From contig NC_068992.1 in assembly GCF_001194135.2 (NCBI RefSeq), positions 64,149,033-64,213,032 of the forward strand: a stretch of DNA of 64,000 nt. Reading direction: 5' to 3'. The stretch is from Octopus bimaculoides. Taxonomy: Eukaryota. Numbering within the stretch: the first letter of the stretch is position 1; every line of letters starts with the position of its first letter. The notes under the pieces were generated by a model that saw only the letters and a list, made by a program, of their open reading frames with translations, was not told the DNA's origin and made no database searches. Below are positions 47,611 to 64,000 of this stretch, piece after piece. Made by a program: the position numbers and the translations under genes.

Positions 47611-50600
47611 GAATGGAGGGGATTTTATTTGTTATTGTGTCTTTGTTTTACACCCTCCCCCAATGATAAACAAAGATAGATGTGCACATAGACATAGAGG
47701 ATGTATGACTACCAAAATGATATAATTTTAGTAGAGTCAACCTCTTGCTCCTCTGAGTTTCACCTGTAGGCACACAAGATCTTCAAGCAGGTTGTGACCA
47801 AGGTATGGAGTACTCTTTTTTCAGACAGTTAATACTAAACGCATGCATGTGTGTATATGTATAAATAAAGTCAAGCATTGCACAGTCTTTTAGCTATAGC
47901 TGAAAATGCTGGATAGTAAGAGAGAATGTAATATATCTAGACCAATTAGTGTGCAGCAGGGACTGGTCCTCTGCTACGAAGAAAGGGGTACATTGGAGCC
48001 TAGCTGTTCACCCAACCCCATGTCTGCTATTAGAATACTCATTCAGAACAGCCCTTGCATAACAAAAGACAAAGGATTATTTGTTCATACAAAGACATGA
48101 GCATAACACACACACGCACACACAGAGGCAAGCAATGAGACATTTGTAGACAGAAACCACTGAATTGCAAAACAGTTTTGGTACCTTGTGGAAGACAAAA
48201 GCTAAACTTTCTTTGTTATCTTAAAACAAACAGCAGTAGTGTATTTGACAATGTAACAAAACTTTCAATCCTGATAAAAACATTAGCACAACCTCATCCA
48301 ATCTAAAGACACATACAAAGTCATTTTCCTGTGATTATGAGGGAAAAAAAAAAGTATTGTTGTCTTGGAGATGATTTTTCAGTAGAACACTTCACCCATA
48401 ATGTCTACTGCAAACCAGAAGTTGTTGCATGGTGCCATCAGTCCAACTCTCATGCCTGTTCAAAATAACAAAAACAGTCTTTTTTAATAATTGGTACTTT
48501 TCTCTCAATTTTGCCATAAACCCAGCGTCCACCCAAGGTCTCTGTTGTGTGACTTCACAGATGACTAAATACTCCAATGCCTTTTCCATCTACACTGCAC
48601 AATTAAGTAATCTAACAATAACTCTTTCTAAGCCTGATATTTTGGTGGAGGGGCCCAGCTGATGATACTGACCCCAGTACACGACTGGTATTTGAGCTCA
48701 GAATGTAAAGAACTGCTGCTGCTCAGCATTTTGTCCTTTGTACTAATGATTCTGTCACCTTGCTGTCTCAGATAATAATAATAATAATAATCATGATAAT
48801 AATAATAATAATACACCTTTCTACTATAGGTACAAAACCGGAAATTTTGGAAGAGGGGGCTAGTTGATTACACATCGACACCAGTACATAACTGGTACTT
48901 ATTTTATCAACCCTGAAAGGATGAAAAGCAAAGTTAATCCTAGTATAATTTGAACTCAGAATGTAAAGACGGACAAAATGTTGCTATGCATCTTGCCCAG
49001 CATGCTAACGCTCTGCCAGTTCATCGCCTTAATAATAATAATAACAATAATGATTTCAAATTTTGGTTGAAGGCCAGCAATTTCCAGGGAAGGAGCAATC
49101 AATTACTTCAACCCCCGTGCTCAACTGGTACTTATTTTATCAACCCTGAAAGGATGAATGGCAAAGCTGACCTTCACAGAATTTGAACTCAGAATGCAAC
49201 GACAATCAAAATGCCGCTCAACATTTTGTCCAGCATGCAACAAAAAGCAACCAGTAAACAAAACACAATAGGGGAGGAGACCAATTTCCATATCACACAG
49301 TTTCAACTCATTTTAGGTGGCAATTTCATTTGAGTAAACCCCAGGAAGATGCAATCGTGCGTCGCCACAGTTTTATGCTTAACCCTTTTGCTACCAACCT
49401 GTCCAAGACCACCCCTGCTTCTATGATACAAACTTTCTATATTAACCCATTAGCATTTAAACCAGCCAAATCTGGCTCAAATATTCTACATGTTTTACAG
49501 ACAAATTAAAACCTCTCACATCTTATCTAAGCTAACATTCTAAAAAATAAACAATCACATTATCGAAACTTCAAAGCTATAAGATAATATATGACTAATT
49601 CAAAACAATTTGAATCAAAAAACATTATTACATTTAACAGAATAATCTGAGCCCTGGAGGATTAAGGGATCTAATTAAAAATTTCCCATGAAAATTTCCT
49701 GTTAATTTATGTCCCTATTACCAGATTCATAATGATCAAGATATTTTAGTAAATCTTTTGTCATTTTGATTACGGCCATGTTGGAGCACCACCTTATAGG
49801 GGTTTTCAGTTGAAGCAATCGACCCCAGGACTTCTTCTTTGTAAGCTTAGGACTTATTCTCAAGTTACAGAAATGTAAATGCAGACACACACACGCACAC
49901 ACACATAAATATATACGACGGGCTTCTTTCAGTTTCCGTTTACCAAATCCACTCACAAGGGTTTGGTCAGCCTGAGGCTAGAGTAGAAGATACTTGCCCA
50001 AGGTGCCAGGCAGAGGGACTGAACCTGGAACCATGTGGTTGAAAAGCAAGCTCCTTACCACACAGCCATGCCTGTGCCTTTATTTACTTTTTTTAAATTA
50101 GCTGAACTAAAGACGATGTATTTCAACAGAAATCTGGTAACAAAAGGGTTTTCAAAGTTGAAAAATACCCTGTTTCAGCCAATTAATGAGTCATAAACAC
50201 AAAACCATGAAGTCACCCACTTTTGTAGCTTCCAAAAACATAGTGAAATGAAATTGCACCAGCTAACATACACTTACAAATTGAGGGGGTTAAGCAGACC
50301 TAACTATTTACCAGACAAGTTCAAAATCCCAATGAAATCACTGTAGAAGTTTTCTGCAAGGCATTCAGAACTCGTTACTGTTAACTTGTCAGGTTGGATT
50401 TTTGTCAACTTCGATACTGACCCAACCAGGTCAACGATCAAACCCACCAGTTTTATTTTGATAAGTGAGAAGCTAACAATACCTAAGGTATCTATGTGTG
50501 GGTTTCTACACATACACACATATAAATATACACACACACACACATACATGTAAATATCAGACAACACTGCATTGATAGATAAAGATTCTTTGTGTATTAA

Positions 50601-50782
50601 GGCTACCATTTGTTTCATGTTAAGGAAATTTTCAACAATTATTCAAACACAATTTTTTTATGTGATTGGCTAGAATAATTGTTAAAAATTTTCATAACAT
50701 GAAACCAACAGTTACCTAAATACATACATATACACACACAGGTGATTGCTTAATTTCTGCCATGTTGTCTTCTTGAAATCTT

Positions 50783-50817
<35 letters not shown>

Positions 50818-52227
50818 GCACACAATATCTATCATCATCACACTATCAGCTGTTTAATGTCTATTTTTTTATGCTAGCTTGGTCCAAATGAAATTTATGA
50901 AGGAAGAATTTTTATAGCCAAATGCCGTTCCTGGTGCCAATCATCACCTGTTTCCATAGGAGCTTGGAAACAATTGACACTGCTTATATGACAGTGAAAC
51001 TCGTTTACGACCATCACATGATGTCAAAACACAGAAGCAGAAACACATCCACATATACAACAGGTTTCCTGTAAACAAATCTATACACAAAGCTTTGGGT
51101 GACCCAAGGCTATAGAAGACACTTGGTCATGGTTCCAAGCAGTGAGAGTGAACCTGAAACCATGTAGTTTGAAAATAAACTTAACTATACAGCTATCTAC
51201 TTATCCATCTGTCTATACATACCTACATACAATGGTACACGTAGAATGGTCCAAATGTCAGGATCCAGAAGAAATCTGTCTTATATACCATCATCATTTA
51301 ATGTCCGCTTTCCATGCTGGCATGGGTTGGACGGTTTGACAAGAACTGGCATGCTGGAGAGCTTCACCAGGCTCCAACTGTCTGCTTTGGCATGGTTTCT
51401 ATGGCTTGATGTCCTTCCTAATACCAACCACTTTGCAGAGTGTACTGGGTGCTTTTTATGTGGCACCAGCACAGAAAATATAGATTATTATTATTATTAT
51501 TATTCTGAGTCCAAGGGTCAAGGCTTACGCAAGATATTTTGGTAGTAATACTGTAATAGGAGAAACCTGTATCCATTATCATGACCATTTCTTGTCTCTA
51601 CATCAGGTGACGTTCCTTTGCCATCACAACATAAAATGTGGTTACAAACAAATTGCTTCATCAAATTCTGCTACATTTTCTGGGCAGAATGGGATGAAAT
51701 CTTTCCAAGTAGGTGGACTGGCAAATGCGAGTGAAAGGACTGGCCAATGAGGTCTCTAAATGTGACACGGTTTCATTTGTTTCTGTGTGGGGAGTCAATT
51801 GAAGTCAGCAGGTTACATTAATATATCTAGAACTAGCCATGCACTAAATGGACACATTAAACATTTATTGAAAGTTTCATTAAAATAAAGTTCCTCTTTT
51901 TATGGAAGCTGATATTTGGGACAATCTCTCAATGAGTGTAGATGAATGTGTGTGTGTGTGTGTGTACATACAAATACATAAATGTGTATGAATAGAAAAT
52001 GAATATTTTCTTTCATTTCACATCCAATTTTTTTCATGCTAGCAGAGGTTGAATGACAAATGTACATACATACATACACATGTAAATACACAGGTGTTTA
52101 CAAATATATATAGATATTAAAATTAATATAGGGTAGGAAAAATTATAGAAATTTTTTCTACCAGTGGCCTAGTATGCATACAAAGTCAATAGACATATTT
52201 TTCATATAAAAATTAGTGTACATTTAA

Positions 52228-52324
52228 GTACAAAGAGGTGACCCATAACAGGTTGCCTAACATACTAGAAAGAATAGTTCTTTCCAGTATGTTAGGCAAC
52301 CTGTTATGGGTCACCTCTTTGTAC
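52228..52324. repeat. Near-perfect hairpin, 47-bp arms, 3-nt loop
   Basis: One mismatch (A52267/C52285); an outer 11-bp extension at 52211-52221 / 52321-52331. Confidence 0.93.
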
Positions 52325-52540
52325 ACTAATTTNNNNNNNNNNNNNNNNNNNNNNNNNNNNNNNNNNNNNNNNNNNNNNNNNNNNNNNNNNNNNNNNNNNN
52401 NNNNNNNNNNNNNNNNNNNNNNNNNNNNNNNNNNNNNNNNNNNNNNNNNNNNNNNNNNNTATATATATATATATTCAAATTACGATGAAAGTAAACAAAC
52501 AAAGTTTGCTTTAGAAGAGTTGAGATGTATTGAAAGATAC

Positions 52541-52730
52541 AGATAAGGAAATAATTTCTCAAACGCAGAATATCGCTAACAGAACAGCATGAAGAGGATA
52601 ACCTATCAATATTTTGCAGAAAACTTTGCCAGCAGCCAACTGGAAAACTTTTCTGCAAAATATAGTTTATCCTGTTCATGCTGTTCTGTTACCGATATTC
52701 TGCGTTTGAGAATAAATTATTTCCTTATCT
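52541..52730. mobile_element. 190-bp foldback MITE
   Basis: agataaggaaataatt... / ...aattatttccttatct; the arms pair almost to the centre. Confidence 0.75.
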
Positions 52731-52734
52731 ATGA

Positions 52735-52791
<57 letters not shown>

Positions 52792-52842
52792 AATATAAAT
52801 TCATTACATAATTACATGTGATGTATATACGGCCTTTCCTCC

Positions 52843-52880
52843 TTTTCCTGATGAAGGATGAGTGACCGAAACATTAAAAA
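52843..52880 (+). ncRNA. Degenerate minimal hammerhead ribozyme motif
   Basis: ttttc-CTGATGA-a-GG-atgagtga-CC-GAAA-catt-aaaa. Confidence 0.45.
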
Positions 52881-53121
52881 CCCATTCCTTTCAAGTATTA
52901 TACTAATAACAGCTTTGATAAAACTTGTCCCCTCTTGTGTTTTTATTTCTTTGTGCTAAATCATCATATATATATATATGTGTGAATGTGTGTGTGTGTG
53001 TATAATTGTGTTTATGAACACGTACATATGTATATGTGTGTGTATAGATATACACATGTTTATAATAAATCTAAAACTCACTTCTTCATGCATGCATGAA
53101 TACAAGTATATTCATGTACAT

Positions 53122-53157
<36 letters not shown>

Positions 53158-53812
53158 NNNNNNNNNNNNNNNNNNNNNNNNNNNNNNNNNNNNNNNNNNN
53201 NNNNNNNNNNNNNNNNNNNNNNNNNNNNNNNNNNNNNNNNNNNNNNNNNNNNNNNNNNNNNNNNNNNNNNNNNNNNNNNNNNNNNNNNNNNNNNNNNNNN
53301 NNNNNNNNNNNNNNNNNNNNNNNNNNNNNNNNNNNNNNNNNNNNNNNNNNNNNNNNNNNNNNNNNNNNNNNNNNNNNNNNNNNNNNNNNNNNNNNNNNNN
53401 NNNNNNNNNNNNNNNNNNNNNNNNNNNNNNNNNNNNNNNNNNNNNNNNNNNNNNNNNNNNNNNNNNNNNNNNNNNNNNNNNNNNNNNNNNNNNNNNNNNN
53501 NNNNNNNNNNNNNNNNNNNNNNNNNNNNNNNNNNNNNNNNNNNNNNNNNNNNNNNNNNNNNNNNNNNNNNNNNNNNNNNNNNNNNNNNNNNNNNNNNNNN
53601 NNNNNNNNNNNNNNNNNNNNNNNNNNNNNNNNNNNNNNNNNNNNNNNNNNNNNNNNNNNNNNNNNNNNNNNNNNNNNNNNNNNNNNNNNNNNNNNNNNNN
53701 NNNNNNNNNNNNNNNNNNNNNNNNNNNNNNNNNNNNNNNNNNNNNNNNNNNNNNNNNNNNNNNNNNNNNNNNNNNNNNNNNNNNNNNNNNNNNNNNNNNN
53801 NNNNNNNNNNNN

Positions 53813-53875
<63 letters not shown>

Positions 53876-54567
53876 GATAGATAGATATACATAAACACAT
53901 ATAATTTGTTACACGAATATATCTAGATATAGACATATAAACACACACACACATTTCAGCAACATTTTTACATCCCACTTCTAAACCACCTGTCAGTTTT
54001 CCACTCTTCCAAGTTCATCCAAGAATTCCATCATATTCTTCCAAATAGTTCCACTCCCTAAATAAATGGTAAAGTGGAACAATCAGGAAATTAGAAACTG
54101 GATTTCACCATTACCTTTTTGCTTCAAAGTCACCATCATCACCACCACCACCACCACCCTCTCACTTACCCCACTACCACCACCACTCATTGTTTTTCCA
54201 TAGACTTAGTAGAGGACAGGGATCTTCTTTGACCTTGCGTTGTTTGTTGTTGAGGGTGGTAGTGGTGGTGGTTGCAATGTATATAAGAACCCTTCATATC
54301 TTACCTGTCACTTGTTTCAGTCATTGGACTGTGGCCATGCTGGAGCACAGAACTTTTTTTGGGGGGACTTTATGTTGCATGGGATTCATAGTAAGGGATG
54401 GACAACAACAACAACAACAACAAGAAGATTAAAGAAGAAAAGAGAGAAAACAGATAGCAGAAAAAGGAGGAGAAAACGAGAGGATAGCAGAAGACAAGGG
54501 GGAGGGTGGAAGAAATGGCTAATAAGCAGTGTGGTGTAGTGGTGAAGAGTTGAGGAGGATCAGGGGT

Positions 54568-62614
<8,047 letters not shown>

Positions 62615-62829
62615 CTGTTTAAAGAAAAATAAATGAGAGAGAGAAACCTTTAACCTGTCGCGAAACTTACAAATATAAAATACTGGGCAAGAGAGTGTTT
62701 GCATGTTTGTTTGGTCAACTAAAAATTGCATGCTTTTATGATCTGCCATCAATGGATGATCTCAGGAAGAAGGTAGAATATGGAGGCCTTGCAAACAGGA
62801 AATTCAGATAGTTAAGCAAGAATATATGT

Positions 62830-63122
62830 GGAGGCACATGGTTCAGTGGTTAGAGCAGAGGACTCGCAGCGAAGAGATTGCAGATTTGAATCTCAGACCG
62901 GGGCGATGTGTGTGTTTATGAGTGAAATACCTAAGTTCCATGCGGCTCCAGCAGAAGGTAATTGGCAAAATTCTGCTAACTCTTTCACTCTTTCCTTCTG
63001 CATCTAGCAGCTAACTGGCGATGAACCAGCATCCTGTCCAGGTAGGGAACCTATACACCAATGAAACCAGGAAACCGGCCCTTATGAGCCAGGCATAGCT
63101 CGAGAAGGAACAAACAACAAGC
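62830..63122 (+). mobile_element. tRNA-derived SINE family D
   Basis: Head ggaggcacatggttcagtggttagagc with B box; tail gaaaccggcccttatgagcc...aacaacaa. A reverse copy lies at ~43100-43340. Confidence 0.75.
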
Positions 63123-63159
63123 AAGAATATATGTTAAAAACATTCCTAAAACTGATTAA

Positions 63160-63380
63160 CCCTTTCGTTATCAACCCGGCTGAAACCAGCTCTGGCTCTG
63201 TAGTACAAATGTCTTGTTTTCATAAGTTTTGAATTAAAGTCTTCCACTGAACCTTAGTCACAATTTATGTTCCTAACACTAGCTTAATGATAACTGAGTT
63301 ATTTTACTAAATTCTTTGTTATATTCAAAGGAATTGAAAGAAACACAGAGCATCTCAAAGTAAATACAGTAACAAAAGGG
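63160..63380. mobile_element. piggyBac-type MITE
   Basis: TTAA at 63156-63159 and 63381-63384; termini ccctttcgtta / taacaaaaggg. Confidence 0.75.
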
Positions 63381-63399
63381 TTAATGTAGGCATAGGAAG

Positions 63400-63590
63400 A
63401 AATCAAGTGACAGGAGAGAATGGTTTGACAAAAATCAATCTTGTCTTCCACCAACATTGCCATACAGCCAATGCCATCGATTCTTCTATGAAGGAATTGG
63501 TCTACAGAGTCATCAACGCCATCACCATGAAAGAAGCATTCAGCAAAGAAGAACCTAAATTCTTGGATACGAGATAAAGCCACTGCTGCT
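63400..63590 (+). mobile_element. Possible RTE-clade LINE 3' fragment
   Basis: YSQCHRFFYEGIGLQSHQRHH resembles the RTE C-terminal C..C.R....IGL.SH.R.H motif. Confidence 0.35.
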
Positions 63591-63744
63591 GCCAAGGCAA
63601 GAAGTTTGCTTCCCTAACCGAATGCTTCCGAGTTCAGTCCTATTGCATGGCACCTAGGACAAGTGTCTTCAACTATAGTGTTGGGCTGATCAAAGCCTTG
63701 AGTGGATTTGATAGATGGGAACTGAAAGAAGCCCATTGTATGTA

Positions 63745-63788
<44 letters not shown>

Positions 63789-64000
63789 CACGCACACACA
63801 TTATATAAGGGCTATTACTACATGTAAATGCCTCACACTGTAAAGGGACACTGAAGTCAAACTATTTGTATGTATGTATATATCATGGCACTCTGTCAGT
63901 TATGACGACGAGGGTTCCAGTTGATCCGATCAACGGAAAAGCCTGCACGTGAAATTAACATGCAAGTGGCTGAGCACTCCACAGACACGTGTACCCTTAA

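Noticed and set aside
48440-48595. Minus-strand frame with an in-frame TGA (GVFSHL*SHTTETLGGRW) as a selenoprotein; also the TGA-rich frame at 42360-42635
   Set aside because: No match to known Sec motifs, no SECIS seen, and the 42 kb frame also contains TAA.
62830-62910. tRNA-like sequences here and at other SINE heads (30270, 43270, 45200)
   Set aside because: A/B boxes are present but there is no complete cloverleaf, and each continues into a SINE body.

Overview
Repeat-rich, AT-rich metazoan draft-assembly DNA with 8 long N gaps, most bordered by microsatellites. The SINE families and microsatellite load look like an octopus (coleoid cephalopod) genome; this is inferred and unverified. 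Three intron-containing genes could be reconstructed by hand with phase-consistent GT-AG junctions. (1) Four 3' exons of a GH9 endoglucanase/cellulase (+, 1624-5392). (2) A complete 7-exon, ~494-aa Cys-loop ligand-gated cation channel subunit (-, 35083-18994). It resembles nAChR alpha9/alpha10 but lacks the loop-C vicinal cysteines and loop-C tyrosines, has an Arg-rich complementary face, and carries an extra extracellular Cys pair. (3) The last six exons of importin-11 (-, 62614-54568). The rest is SINEs, mariner/hAT/piggyBac-type MITEs, relics of Tx1-, R4-, RTE- and Penelope-like retroelements, two degenerate hammerhead-ribozyme motifs, several long near-perfect hairpins and micro/minisatellites. 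No true rRNA, tRNA or CRISPR array was seen.
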